The translations under genes and the position numbers were made by a program. Below are positions 30,362 to 40,736 of a DNA stretch of 64,000 bases, piece by piece; position 1 is the stretch's first letter, and each line of letters opens with the position of its first letter. Origin of the DNA: an uncultured bacterium. GTDB taxonomy: Bacteria; Acidobacteriota; HRBIN11; JAKEFK01. The stretch lies in contig CAVZQN010000004.1 of assembly GCA_963777505.1 (NCBI GenBank), forward strand, positions 96,001 through 160,000. The letters are read 5' to 3'. The notes under the pieces are model-generated. The model saw nothing but the letters and a program-made list of their open reading frames with translations, made no database searches and was not told where the DNA came from.

Positions 30362-30389
30362 ACTATATCCACTCTGGATATATTGTCAA
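30362..30389 (-). promoter_or_regulatory. sigma70 promoter of padR overlapped by a probable PadR operator
   Basis: Minus strand TTGACA (30389-30384), 16-nt spacer, TATAGT (30367-30362). Perfect inverted repeat TATATCCA-ctc-TGGATATA (30364-30382). Confidence 0.7.
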
Positions 30390-30410
30390 TGGTTATAGTT
30401 AAGATTGGAA

Positions 30411-30863
30411 TTACGGATTGTCGTAGGAAAAAAGAACGGCAACTATTTTCCAGCCGTCGGTTCCTTCAACAAGATGCAGCCCTAATTTTCCAGGACGTTC
30501 TTCCCCTTCATCGATAAAAACATAGTTGGCAACAACGCGAGCAATTCGTCTGCCTTCGAACAATTGGACATTTTCCAGCCGCTCACTGATTGATTTGCGC
30601 TTTTCGAAGTAATCCTTTTGCCGCTGAAAAAACTCTTCAAGGTTTCGAACGTTCACGCCGCCATTATCTGCAGGAAAGACAACAGTTACAGATGAATGGA
30701 AGAGCTTTTTCCATTCATCCAGTGTTTCCTTCTGGTAAAGCCCAACGTAATCTTTGATAACTTTGTCCAGGTTTTTGCGGGATTCTGCTGAATTCCTTTC
30801 TTCCGCAACTGCAACACATGCGATCAACATCATTAAGAACATCATTACAAGTTTGCGATTCAT
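30411..30863 (-). CDS. Secreted NTF2/SnoaL-like fold protein
   Basis: Signal peptide, SD GGAGG, NTF2-like pattern ending GWKIVAV. Confidence 0.65.
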   Translation of the reverse strand: MNRKLVMMFLMMLIACVAVAEERNSAESRKNLDKVIKDYVGLYQKETLDEWKKLFHSSVTVVFPADNGGVNVRNLEEFFQRQKDYFEKRKSISERLENVQLFEGRRIARVVANYVFIDEGEERPGKLGLHLVEGTDGWKIVAVLFSYDNP

Positions 30864-30876
30864 GACACCTCCCTTT

Positions 30877-31992
30877 TTACACCGCCTCTCTTTTCAGAAC
30901 AATCGTCAAATGATGCGCGACGATTACGACAATTGTCCCCAGTACAACGGTAAGTATCTTTAGCGGCACTTCAACGTTAAACAGATATGGAAAATACGCG
31001 AGAAACGAACAAAAAATTACAGCAATTGGCACGAAGAAAAATTTTGGGAAATAGAAAGCATACAGAATCGAAAAAACATCAGCCGGATAAAAATAGCGCT
31101 CATGCATTTTTGGCAAAAAGTAAGGAACGATTAAAACAAATGCGAATGCCGATTGAATAATCAAATTTTGATCCATTTGTTGAGAACTCTTGAAATAGCC
31201 AACAATCATCACAAAAATAATCGAAGCTGCAAAAATTAATCCTGCTGGAAACAAAATTGAATATGCACTGTCTGGAAACCATTCAAAAAAATTCGGAGCG
31301 CTTTTTGATAATTCATGATAATTCGACGATTGATTCATGTAAGTGAATAGCAGCTCGTAAAAGTTTCTACCAGCAATCCATGAGGGAATAAGCGCCGCAA
31401 TAAAAATGCAAGGGACAAGCAATAATGGTTTCCATGAAAGGCGTTTCTTTATCAGAAAAACCAAAAGCAATGGCGCGAAAAAAATCGCCTGTGCTTTGAC
31501 TACAAGCGCAAAGCTAAAGGCAGCTAATGCACGCCATTGTTTGTTTGTACAAATCCAGTAAAGGCATGCCGCTAAGCCTGCTGTATAAATTGCATCGGCC
31601 TGACCCCAGCACGCGCTGTTCAGAAATACAGTAGGGGCAAAAAGTATTGCAAAGAAACTGAAGACTGCTGTGATTGATCCCGGATATTTTAGACTTACCA
31701 GCTTGTAAACGAACCATCCCAGAATCAAATCAAAGACTACCGAGATCAATTTGATTGCGACAATCTTCGGCAGAAATGGAAAAATATAAATAACAACTGC
31801 CATCATATATAGATAAGGTGGGTTGTAATTCGAAAAATTATGCGCAAAAGCACCAAAGCCATGTTCTGCAATAAAGTCGTACCAACCGCTAAGAAACCCT
31901 GTGTAATCACGCGATTCGTAGGGAAAAAGTGAGTATCGCAGCGCAAGCGCCAGAATAGTTCCGGCTGCGAGAATCAATCGGTTCTTTTTCAT
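30877..31992 (-). CDS. GT-C membrane glycosyltransferase (Gpi18/GT87-like mannosyltransferase)
   Basis: NYNPPYLY, NSA.WGQAD, K.QAIF, PKMHERYFYPAD. Confidence 0.82.
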   Translation of the reverse strand: MKKNRLILAAGTILALALRYSLFPYESRDYTGFLSGWYDFIAEHGFGAFAHNFSNYNPPYLYMMAVVIYIFPFLPKIVAIKLISVVFDLILGWFVYKLVSLKYPGSITAVFSFFAILFAPTVFLNSACWGQADAIYTAGLAACLYWICTNKQWRALAAFSFALVVKAQAIFFAPLLLVFLIKKRLSWKPLLLVPCIFIAALIPSWIAGRNFYELLFTYMNQSSNYHELSKSAPNFFEWFPDSAYSILFPAGLIFAASIIFVMIVGYFKSSQQMDQNLIIQSAFAFVLIVPYFLPKMHERYFYPADVFSILYAFYFPKFFFVPIAVIFCSFLAYFPYLFNVEVPLKILTVVLGTIVVIVAHHLTIVLKREAV

Positions 31993-32075
31993 CTGAAATA
32001 AGGATATATCGAAAAATTAACCGGACCTCCCGTTTGCGTAGAAAACGTTGACAAGGGATGTTCCGTCTATTTATC

Positions 32076-32114
32076 GTAGGGGCGTGTCGGGCGGGTCTTA
32101 GACCCCGCCCCTAC
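32076..32114. repeat. GTAG-type REP, family A (extended)
   Basis: GTAGGGGCGTGTCGGGCGGGTCTTAGACCCCGCCCCTAC, 4 nt before the next ATG. Confidence 0.8.
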
Positions 32115-32118
32115 AACT

Positions 32119-32631
32119 ATGCAAGGTGAATGGATCACAAAATTAACTGTGTGGTTGGCGTTATCAGGCTACACATTTGCCGTCATCATGTTGTTGCTTT
32201 CCGCCGGTAGGCGAAAATGGGATGCCATTGCAAGAATAGCCTGGACTGTTGGATGCTTCGCGTTGGTCGTGCATGTTGCCTGTGCTTACAATTATTATCA
32301 TTCGTGGAGTTATTCTTCGTCATACACTGAAACAGCACGGCAAACTGCAGAAGTTTATGGAATTAATTGGGGCGGTGGACTATTCATCAACTATTTTTTG
32401 ATGATCGCCTGGATTGCGGATGTAATCTGGTGGTGGACAGGATTAGAAAAATATAGGATGCGTTCAAAAGCCATAACTTTCGCATGGCACATTTTTCTAT
32501 TTTTTATTTTCTTCAACGCAACTATCGTATTCGTGGCAGGTCCATTACGTTGGATTGGATTATTTTTCAGTGTCGTTATACTTTGCTTGTTATTGCGTTC
32601 AATCGTTAGCCCTCGGCGTGTCGTGGGCTAA
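32119..32631 (+). CDS. Hypothetical integral membrane protein
   Basis: 170 aa, about 5 hydrophobic segments, 11 nt upstream of the MFS gene. Confidence 0.7.
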   Translation: MQGEWITKLTVWLALSGYTFAVIMLLLSAGRRKWDAIARIAWTVGCFALVVHVACAYNYYHSWSYSSSYTETARQTAEVYGINWGGGLFINYFLMIAWIADVIWWWTGLEKYRMRSKAITFAWHIFLFFIFFNATIVFVAGPLRWIGLFFSVVILCLLLRSIVSPRRVVG

Positions 32632-32642
32632 AAAAGCTTGAT

Positions 32643-33908
32643 ATGAAATCAATTGGTCTTGAACAATCCGTAGAGCCTGTTAGATCCACATTCTATTACG
32701 GCTGGGTAAATTTAATTGTTGCAGCATTGGCAATGGTTGGTACATTGCCCGGCCGGACCCAGGGTCTTGGATTAATTACAGAGCCTCTATTACGAGATCT
32801 ACAACTCGATCGGGTGACATTCGCTCAAATGAATTTATGGGCCACCTTGATCGGTTCACTGTTTGCAGTTGGAATCGGACGTTTCATTGATCGTTTCGGA
32901 AGCAGGGTCATATTAACGCTCGTATCGTTTGCGCTTGGTGTTGTCGTTTTGGCGATGAGCGGCGCAAAAGGAATCATCTGGATGACATTGCTGCTCACGC
33001 TTTCACGAGGTTTTGGACAGAGCGCGCTTTCAGTCGTAAGTATTACGATCGTGGGTCAATGGTTTGTAAGAAGACTCAATCTTGCGATGGCAGTGTATAC
33101 CGTCCTTCTAAGTATTGGATTCATGTTGGCGTTTCCAATTGTTGGAAGCCTTGTTTTGAAAAGTGGCTGGCGCACAGCATGGAGTGGAATAGGATATTCG
33201 CTCTTGTTTGTTCTGGCTCCTGCGGCATGGTTGTTGGTGCGAAGGTCTCCTGAAGTCATTGGCTTAGGGAATAACAAAGAGTTGCAACGTGAAAGTGAAC
33301 TCGAAACATCACAAAGTGGATATACATGGCGCGAGGCACTTTCGACACCCGCATTTTGGATTTTTGCATTGTCCAGTTCCATCTATGGATTGATTGCATC
33401 AGGAATTGCACTCTTCAACGAATCGATTCTTGCAGAACGCGGCTTCAATGCATCCACGTATCATCAAACTTTAGTCATCACGGCTTTGACGGCTCTATTC
33501 GGAAATTTCTTAGGTGGATGGCTGACAGAAAAATGGAGCGTAAATCGTTTAATGGCTACAGCAATGACACTTGTTGCTGGCTCTCTAATTGCGTTACCTC
33601 ATGTGAAAACACAGGTGCATGTCGTTCTTTACGCACTTGTAATGGGGCTTGCGGGCGGATTTGTGATCGTAATCTTTTTCTCTTTCTGGAGCCGTGTTTA
33701 TGGAAGACGTCATCTGGGTCAAATACAAGGCGCCGCACAAACACTGACTGTCGTTGCTTCAGCATTAGGCCCTATCATTCTTGCGAAGTGTCTGGAACTA
33801 ACAGGATCATATGCCGCAATCTTTTATTTGCTCTCCGCAATCGTTGTCATTCTCGGTCTATCCGCGTGGTTTGTCCCAATTCCTCCGGTTAAGACGCGCG
33901 TTTCATAG
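32643..33908 (+). CDS. MFS transporter
   Basis: FYYGW, motif A GRFIDRFGSR, about 12 TM, YGRRHLGQIQG. Confidence 0.9.
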   Translation: MKSIGLEQSVEPVRSTFYYGWVNLIVAALAMVGTLPGRTQGLGLITEPLLRDLQLDRVTFAQMNLWATLIGSLFAVGIGRFIDRFGSRVILTLVSFALGVVVLAMSGAKGIIWMTLLLTLSRGFGQSALSVVSITIVGQWFVRRLNLAMAVYTVLLSIGFMLAFPIVGSLVLKSGWRTAWSGIGYSLLFVLAPAAWLLVRRSPEVIGLGNNKELQRESELETSQSGYTWREALSTPAFWIFALSSSIYGLIASGIALFNESILAERGFNASTYHQTLVITALTALFGNFLGGWLTEKWSVNRLMATAMTLVAGSLIALPHVKTQVHVVLYALVMGLAGGFVIVIFFSFWSRVYGRRHLGQIQGAAQTLTVVASALGPIILAKCLELTGSYAAIFYLLSAIVVILGLSAWFVPIPPVKTRVS

Positions 33909-34005
33909 CGTGAAACAAGTTTCACAATATGGAACTACCTGATTTGCAATATCCTCGGTGAATTGTGGTATACATTTATCGAAAGCCTATTGAGGAGAGA
34001 GGACT

Positions 34006-35127
34006 GTGGGACGACTCATATTTATTTTATTTGTGCTTTTAGCCGTTACATATCCCGCATACGGCTGGCATACCAATACCCATCAACATTTAACACGCGA
34101 TGCGATCAACGTCATGCCTCCCGATTTAAAGAAATTATTTGATGACCGTCCGCAATTTGTCGAATCTGGAATTACTGATCCCGATGAAATTCTAAAAGAT
34201 TACCAAAATCACTATTACGTCCCCGGGGTTGAAGGCGGTGGATTAGATCGAATCGATAAAGTTATCCGAACAATCGAGATGAAACTTAAGGATCCAAAAA
34301 ACGTCGATGTGCCAAAACATTTTTGTATTCTTGCTCACTATATCGCCGATTTATGGAGTCCCGAGGTCCTGATCAAACACGACACAATGAGCAATATCGA
34401 TTACGTTCAAAATCATGACATTGTTGCTGTCTTTGAGGGCTATCAGCAGCCGATCTCAAATTACAGGGAATATTTGGAAAAACGTTCGAGATGGCGCTGG
34501 ACGCTTGAAAATTCGGACGGAATCTCTTCACTGCTCTTCAGCGAAGCTGTTAATGATATTGCACAGGTATGGTTATCGTTGTGGCAGCAAAGTGGGAAAA
34601 CAGTATCGCCGCTTCATTTTTCAATAATTGATCATACAAAAGGAGCGTTGCAGGTAAATTTCGAGGCAGCGATGAAACAAGAAGCGCTTGATGCTGCAAC
34701 GACTGCGACCAATTTTCAAGCAGCAGCTGATGAAAAAGAGCGTGAAAAAATGTATTTAAAGCTTGTCGATCATAAGGATGAAACCGAAAGACTTTCAGGC
34801 ACTCTTATACCTGCGGATGAATCGCTCGCTCATCAGCGGATGATGCGTGACCAGGCAAAGCTTGAATCGTTTAAGAATCCGAAACCTGAATTTTCAGTTT
34901 TGGAAAGTTCGTTAAAACAGGTGGGTGAAAGAAGTGTTTTCGTTGCACGAATTCGCAACAAGGGACTAAAAGAAGTTCAATATCTGAGCCTGGTGTATTC
35001 GGGACGTGCAGGCACCCTGGCGGAAGTTAATAATTTTAAGCCTGGCCAGATAGTGAAAGTAGAAGCAACGTTACCAGCAAACGCCAGTAAGGAAAACATC
35101 CGTTTCAACTTCAGTCTCGCTGAGTGA
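34006..35127 (+). CDS. Secreted protein with Zn-dependent phospholipase C / S1-P1 nuclease-like N-terminal domain
   Basis: Signal peptide AYG|W, WHTNTH, PD..H, HYIAD; SD GAGGAG. Confidence 0.6.
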   Translation: MGRLIFILFVLLAVTYPAYGWHTNTHQHLTRDAINVMPPDLKKLFDDRPQFVESGITDPDEILKDYQNHYYVPGVEGGGLDRIDKVIRTIEMKLKDPKNVDVPKHFCILAHYIADLWSPEVLIKHDTMSNIDYVQNHDIVAVFEGYQQPISNYREYLEKRSRWRWTLENSDGISSLLFSEAVNDIAQVWLSLWQQSGKTVSPLHFSIIDHTKGALQVNFEAAMKQEALDAATTATNFQAAADEKEREKMYLKLVDHKDETERLSGTLIPADESLAHQRMMRDQAKLESFKNPKPEFSVLESSLKQVGERSVFVARIRNKGLKEVQYLSLVYSGRAGTLAEVNNFKPGQIVKVEATLPANASKENIRFNFSLAE

Positions 35128-35869
35128 TCTCAGTGTCTTTGCGGTTGATCTCTTTAATAATCATCGTTTCCACTTGTTGCCATACCTCTGGATCGTTTCC
35201 CATTTTGGTGTGCGCTACCCGGAAAATTTTCTTGAACCACGAAATATGTGAAATATCAATTTCGCTGTTGCTGTAATCAAATTTGTAGTTGCCCATAATA
35301 TGAGTCCGTTTGGCATCTTCAGGATGAATTTCAGGTTCACCTTGAATGATCCAGCCATTTCTTTGAAAAAGATTTGCAGCCTGCTTCACATTGGAAGGAA
35401 TGGTTGAGTCATTCTTTCCGACACTGTCAATTTGAATTGTTAAATGAACAGGAACATCCATTGCTTTGAGTTCTTTTGCAAGCTTAACGACAGCTGCGCC
35501 TCCAAAACTTTCACCAAATAAAATGAGTTGAATCTTATCAATCTCATTTTGTTCCAAATTTCCGGAGCCATCTTGATCGAACGCTGCACGGATCAACTGA
35601 ATTGCGAGATAACGTCTTCGGTTTTCTACAGTTTCAACATAGAGGCCCGGTAATTGTTTTTTGCGCAGTTCTAAAGCGAGTCTCCTGACTCCCGAATTTG
35701 GATCATCCCAGGCATTTCGGCCGCCGAGAAAGCCTACAACCAAAAACGAGTTTTCAGGCAATGGTCTTGGAACTGTGAAATGTCGATATTGCTGGCCTGC
35801 ACATGCATAGATTGTGAGCAAAATTAGACAGCAAAGAACGACGGCGTTCCATTTTCGTAATTTCACCAT
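35111..35869 (-). CDS. Putative lipoprotein with alpha/beta-hydrolase-like fold
   Basis: IYAC lipobox-like, GFLGG, GESFGG, IDSVG. Confidence 0.6.
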   Translation of the reverse strand: MVKLRKWNAVVLCCLILLTIYACAGQQYRHFTVPRPLPENSFLVVGFLGGRNAWDDPNSGVRRLALELRKKQLPGLYVETVENRRRYLAIQLIRAAFDQDGSGNLEQNEIDKIQLILFGESFGGAAVVKLAKELKAMDVPVHLTIQIDSVGKNDSTIPSNVKQAANLFQRNGWIIQGEPEIHPEDAKRTHIMGNYKFDYSNSEIDISHISWFKKIFRVAHTKMGNDPEVWQQVETMIIKEINRKDTEITQRD

Positions 35870-35918
35870 TTTTTTTGCGACAAAAGAATTTTATTGTATC
35901 CGTTTATAATATGGCGCG

Positions 35919-37280
35919 ATGACTCAAGAAAATGGTGCGGATCGATGGGGTGAAAGATTATCACGGCGGCTTGGTCTTTGGAGCGCGGTCGCTGTCGTAA
36001 TTGGATCAACGATCGGGAGCGGAATTTTTCGAACACCAGCATCAGTCGCTGAGAAGATTGGAGATGTACCGTTATTCATTGTCGCCTGGATTGCGGGTGG
36101 AGTTCTGGCTTTATGCGGGGCGTTAACGTATGCGGAACTTGCTGCACTCTTTCCACGATCAGGTGGGATTTATGTTTATTTGCGCGAAGCATTCGGTCCA
36201 TTGACTGCATTTCTGTTTGGATGGGCCGAACTCTGGATTATTCGTCCCGGAGCATTTGGCGCAATCGGAATTACGGCTTCTGCGTACACGTTACGGACTC
36301 TAGGTCTTGATCCTGCAGAGCCTGTTGGCCCGATGCGTGCTGAACAATTGTTGGGTGCTTTTTACATTGCGATTGTTGCATTTGTAAATTATCTAGGTGT
36401 CCACCGCGGAGCAATCTTACAAAATATCAGCACCATTCTTAAATCGGCGGCACTGCTTCTGCTAGTGTTGCTTGGACTTTCTATTGGGCGAAGTTCAGGC
36501 ATTCCAATGAACGAAATTTTTTCCCAGCATGATCAAGTTGGGTTTTCCGCTTTTCTTCTTGCTTTAGTGTCGATCCTTTGGGCGTATGACGGTTGGGCCG
36601 ATTTATCTTTTGTTGGAGGAGAAGTCCGTGATCCTCAACGCACGATGCCAAAGGCCCTAATCATGGGCACTGCGTTTGTAGTTTTGTTGTACCTTTCCGC
36701 CAATTTTACGTATCTATCGCTGATTCCAATGTTACAAATGCGGGGAGCTGAACTTGTAGCTGCAGATGTTGCATTGCTGCTGTTTGGTTCAATCGGAGTT
36801 GTGCTGGTTTCAAGTGCAATTGCAGTCAGCACATTCGGAACGCTGAATGGTTCGATGATGACTGCACCGCGTATTTTTTTTGCGATGGCCGAAGATGGCT
36901 TATTTCCAAAATCGATTGCAAAAGTGGATCCCATTAGCAAAGCACCGACAGGCGCAATTCTTCTGACTGCAATTATGGGAATTATTTTTATTTCGATCCG
37001 AACATTCACCGATCTTGCAAACCAATTTGTAATAGGAATCTGGCCATTCTATGCGCTCGGCGTTGCCGCTGTCTTTGTTCTGAGGAAAACAAAGCCGAAC
37101 ATCGACCGTCCTTACCGTGTTTGGGGTTATCCATATGTACCAACGCTTTTTTTGCTTGGATCCTTGTTCCTGCTTGGTAACTATCTGATTAACGAACCAC
37201 TTGCTTTCGGAATCGATGTCGCTCTAATTTTGATTGGTATCCCGTTTTATCTGATCTGGCGTAAATTTCGGAAAAGATAA
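35919..37280 (+). CDS. APC family amino acid permease
   Basis: GSTIGSGIF, YAELAA..PRSGG.YVYL, WAYDGW, RPYRVWGYP. Confidence 0.93.
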   Translation: MTQENGADRWGERLSRRLGLWSAVAVVIGSTIGSGIFRTPASVAEKIGDVPLFIVAWIAGGVLALCGALTYAELAALFPRSGGIYVYLREAFGPLTAFLFGWAELWIIRPGAFGAIGITASAYTLRTLGLDPAEPVGPMRAEQLLGAFYIAIVAFVNYLGVHRGAILQNISTILKSAALLLLVLLGLSIGRSSGIPMNEIFSQHDQVGFSAFLLALVSILWAYDGWADLSFVGGEVRDPQRTMPKALIMGTAFVVLLYLSANFTYLSLIPMLQMRGAELVAADVALLLFGSIGVVLVSSAIAVSTFGTLNGSMMTAPRIFFAMAEDGLFPKSIAKVDPISKAPTGAILLTAIMGIIFISIRTFTDLANQFVIGIWPFYALGVAAVFVLRKTKPNIDRPYRVWGYPYVPTLFLLGSLFLLGNYLINEPLAFGIDVALILIGIPFYLIWRKFRKR

Positions 37281-37285
37281 GATTT

Positions 37286-37311
37286 ACCACGGAGTCACGG
37301 AGAACACGGAG
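37286..37311. repeat. Family B repeat monomer
   Basis: ACCACGGAGTCACGGAGAACACGGAG (three CACGGAG units) just after a stop codon. Confidence 0.7.
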
Positions 37312-37324
37312 TTGTGAAAATATC

Positions 37325-38320
37325 ATGATACGAGTACATCCAAAGTTTTCTGTGCTGTGGTTCGGCTCGGTTGTGCTTCTTTTTCTGGCGGTTGAGTATT
37401 GGATTATTCACTCGTATTTTTTCAATGAATATCCGGAATTGTACTCTCTTGGCGTGGCGCTCGATATTACTCTTGGTGTGCCGGCACTTTTTTATCTGTT
37501 TGTTGTGCGGAGCCGAAAGTATCCTGCATTGAGTCTCTTGCCTGTATTTGTCCTTTCACTTGGCATCGCAACATTCATGATTCCTTCCGCATATCATCAA
37601 TTTCTGAACAGCGAAAAAAAGGTACTTTCAATTATCGAAGCCGGACTGATTTTTTATGTCTTGGCTAAGATTCCCGGTTTTCTAAAGCGATATAAAGAGG
37701 CGAAAAAAAACGAGTTCTATATATCTGATGCATTGGAAGTTGCAGCAGGCAAAAAGCGTATTGTAAGAATCTTATTGACAGAATTACTTGTGATGTACCT
37801 CGCAATTGGGGGCTGGTTCAAGAAAGTTTCAACAAGGGAAGGAGCTTTGTCTTTTACGTATCATCGCAAATCTGCTTATCCTGCAATTTTGGGAACGATG
37901 GTTTTTCTCTTAATTGTAGAAACAATCGGCCTTCACCTTCTGTTGATGCAGTGGAGCAGAATTGCAGCCAATATTGTTACAGGTCTCAGTATTTATGGCC
38001 TGATCTGGCTCATCGGCGACTTTCATGCGATCCGTCTTCATCCTGTGATTCTGACCGACGACAAATTGATGTTGCGTATTGGCGTTCGATGGAATGCCAC
38101 AATTCCAATTGGTGAAATTGCAGAAATCCAGATTGGCGGAAAAACGTCTAAAAGTAAAAACTACTTGCGCGCAAGTATTCTAGGGCCTCGAGTTGCTGTT
38201 CATCTACGAAATCCAATTGCAGTAAGAGGGTTGTTTGGAATAATCCGTAATCCTTCCCAAATCGGTCTGTCGATCGATGACCCTGAACTTTTCAGAAATG
38301 AAATCTTGAAAAGACAATAG
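37325..38320 (+). CDS. Hypothetical membrane protein
   Basis: 331 aa, multiple TM segments, FTYHRKS, ET...HLLL, soluble beta-rich C-terminus. Confidence 0.7.
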   Translation: MIRVHPKFSVLWFGSVVLLFLAVEYWIIHSYFFNEYPELYSLGVALDITLGVPALFYLFVVRSRKYPALSLLPVFVLSLGIATFMIPSAYHQFLNSEKKVLSIIEAGLIFYVLAKIPGFLKRYKEAKKNEFYISDALEVAAGKKRIVRILLTELLVMYLAIGGWFKKVSTREGALSFTYHRKSAYPAILGTMVFLLIVETIGLHLLLMQWSRIAANIVTGLSIYGLIWLIGDFHAIRLHPVILTDDKLMLRIGVRWNATIPIGEIAEIQIGGKTSKSKNYLRASILGPRVAVHLRNPIAVRGLFGIIRNPSQIGLSIDDPELFRNEILKRQ

Positions 38321-38365
38321 TGCGCGGCCGGCCCTGCAGAACTAAATTTAGTATAGGTTCAATTA

Positions 38366-38415
38366 GTAGGGTCGTTCTTGTGCCCCGCTCGCGCGGCCAC
38401 AAGGGCCGCCCCTGC
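38366..38415. repeat. GTAG-type REP variant doublet
   Basis: GTAGGGTCGTTCTTGTG...CACAAGGGCCGCCCCTGC; ends resemble family A. Confidence 0.6.
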
Positions 38416-38423
38416 CAGATTAC

Positions 38424-38969
38424 GTGATGTTTAGAAAATTCTTTTCAAGTGTTTTACTGATTGCCTTAGTTGTATTTGTCTATTGGCTGGTCAAGGATCA
38501 GGTCTACGCCTTCAAACTGGTGCTTCAAGAAGCACCTTCTAATTTGCCAATTCCTGTAGAGGGCGTAGTCGTTACAAATCTTCAAGACACCTGGGGTGCA
38601 CCAAGATCAGAAGGAAGGAAACATCAGGGAATAGACATTTTTGCCCCTCGCGGAACTGCCGTTTTTTCCGCAACAAATGGAATGATTTGGAAGCTCGGTC
38701 AAAACCGTCTGGGTGGGAATGCAGTTTGGATTTTGGGTCCCGGTGGTCATATGCATTATTATGCGCACCTGGAAGCCTTTGCCGATATCGCTGCCGGGAC
38801 TCGAATTTATCAAGGTGAAATTCTTGGTTTTGTAGGAAACAGCGGTAATGCGAAAGGCACACCGCCTCATCTCCATTACGCGATTTACACAATTTCCGGC
38901 GGCGCAGTAAATCCCTATCCACTTCTTTCTTCAACTGCTTACCTCTCGGCATCTTTTCGATTGATATAA
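38424..38969 (+). CDS. M23 family metallopeptidase
   Basis: HQGIDIFA, YYAHL, GNSGNA..TPPHLHY. Confidence 0.92.
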   Translation: MMFRKFFSSVLLIALVVFVYWLVKDQVYAFKLVLQEAPSNLPIPVEGVVVTNLQDTWGAPRSEGRKHQGIDIFAPRGTAVFSATNGMIWKLGQNRLGGNAVWILGPGGHMHYYAHLEAFADIAAGTRIYQGEILGFVGNSGNAKGTPPHLHYAIYTISGGAVNPYPLLSSTAYLSASFRLI

Positions 38970-39073
38970 TCTTCATACACTTGCACAAAATCTGAGCACT
39001 TTAAAAGACTCCATACATACTTCATCGACGATAACCTCTATGGCCTCAGAATTGCTTGTCTGTCTGATTAAGG

Positions 39074-40663
39074 ATGAGGTATTTAAGGGTTCCCATATTC
39101 TTGGCGTGTATTTTGTTTTGTTCCTTTATTGATGTGGATCCGAAGCCAAGAATCATTCAAGATCATCATCGTTTCTCAGCAAGTCTTAATGGGTTTCCAA
39201 ATTCAATCCAGGGCATCACTCAACCCGGTGTTCTAAATCCGTTCGGCTCTTCGCAATCATTGAATGGAAACCTTCGTTTTTACAGTCTGTGTGGATTGTT
39301 AATTTGTGTTTTAGGGTATGCACTTTATTTTTTCCATCGAAGGCAACTTAAATTTCGGGAACAGGAATTATTAGACGTCGTTTCAGATCGAACTGCTGAG
39401 TTACAGCAAGAAATAAACATTCGTAAAAAAACTGAAGAAGAACTTAAGAATTCGATGACATTATTGATGTCAACTTTTGATCAACTCAAAGCAGCGAAAG
39501 AATCAGCCGAATCGGCAAATCTTTCAAAAAATCAGTTCCTTGCCAATATCAGTCACGAACTGAGGACTCCTATGAACGGGATCATAGGAATGACACAACT
39601 TACATTGGAAACCGATTTGAACGGCGAGCAGCGTGAATATCTTGGGATGGTGAAAGAATCGGCGGATTCATTGTTAGGTTTGCTGAACGATATTCTTGAT
39701 TTTACGAAAATTGAAGCCGGGAAGTTACGCTTATCAATGCTGAGATTTCAATTGCACTCTTCGGTGGAAAAAATTGTAAAAACTTTTAAGACTCCTGCGA
39801 ACCAAAAAAACCTGGAGTTGACTTGTGAATTCGGACCCGATGTTCCTGAGTTTGTGGTTGGAGATGAAAGCCGCATTCGTCAGATTCTTGTGAACCTCAT
39901 CGGCAATGCAATTAAATTCACGAGCCGTGGTTCCGTTTATGTCAAAGTGGAATTGCAAGAAAAGAATACTGAACTTTGCAAAGTTCATTTTTTAGTAAAA
40001 GACACAGGAATTGGAATTCCTGTATCAAAGCACGACATAATTTTTGAAGCGTTTACTCAGGCTGACTCTTCGACAACAAGAAAATATGGCGGAACTGGCC
40101 TGGGATTGTCGATCAGTTTGGAGCTTGTTTCTGCGATGAATGGAAGCATGTGGCTTGAAAGTAAAGAAGGCGGAGGAAGCACATTCCATTTTTCAATTCC
40201 ACTGTTAAATTCAAAATCAATTCTTGATCCAAGCTCACTTGACGATACAAAACCCGCCACAATGATTCATGACGGCCATCATATCCTGGTAGTCGATGAT
40301 AATTTGATCAATCAACGGCTGATCAGCGAAATTTTAGGAAAGCGCGGAAACAAAGTAAAAGTAGCATCAGATGGTAGAGAAGCCTTAAAAATGTATTTGG
40401 AAAATTCATTTGATGTAATTTTGATGGATATTCAAATGCCAATCATGGATGGTCTTGAGGCAGCAAGTAGAATCAGAGTTGAAGAAAAACGAACTGGACA
40501 CCATGTTGCCATTATTGGAATCACAGCTCATGTAACTCAGAACTGTTTGGAGAAATGTCTTCAAGCAGGAATGGATGATTTCATGACAAAACCTTTTCAG
40601 GTAGAAAAATTTCTGCAGATTCTGGGTACAATCCAAACCAGACAACCCTCCACAGTAAGTTAG
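39074..40663 (+). CDS. Hybrid sensor histidine kinase / response regulator
   Basis: [33 protein letters not shown], receiver [11 protein letters not shown]. Confidence 0.92.
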   Translation: MRYLRVPIFLACILFCSFIDVDPKPRIIQDHHRFSASLNGFPNSIQGITQPGVLNPFGSSQSLNGNLRFYSLCGLLICVLGYALYFFHRRQLKFREQELLDVVSDRTAELQQEINIRKKTEEELKNSMTLLMSTFDQLKAAKESAESANLSKNQFLANISHELRTPMNGIIGMTQLTLETDLNGEQREYLGMVKESADSLLGLLNDILDFTKIEAGKLRLSMLRFQLHSSVEKIVKTFKTPANQKNLELTCEFGPDVPEFVVGDESRIRQILVNLIGNAIKFTSRGSVYVKVELQEKNTELCKVHFLVKDTGIGIPVSKHDIIFEAFTQADSSTTRKYGGTGLGLSISLELVSAMNGSMWLESKEGGGSTFHFSIPLLNSKSILDPSSLDDTKPATMIHDGHHILVVDDNLINQRLISEILGKRGNKVKVASDGREALKMYLENSFDVILMDIQMPIMDGLEAASRIRVEEKRTGHHVAIIGITAHVTQNCLEKCLQAGMDDFMTKPFQVEKFLQILGTIQTRQPSTVS

Positions 40664-40736
40664 CGTCTTTGCGGCAAAAAATTAAGGAACATAGACGATC
40701 CATTTGTGTCTGTAATAGTAGTGAAAGGGAGACAAC

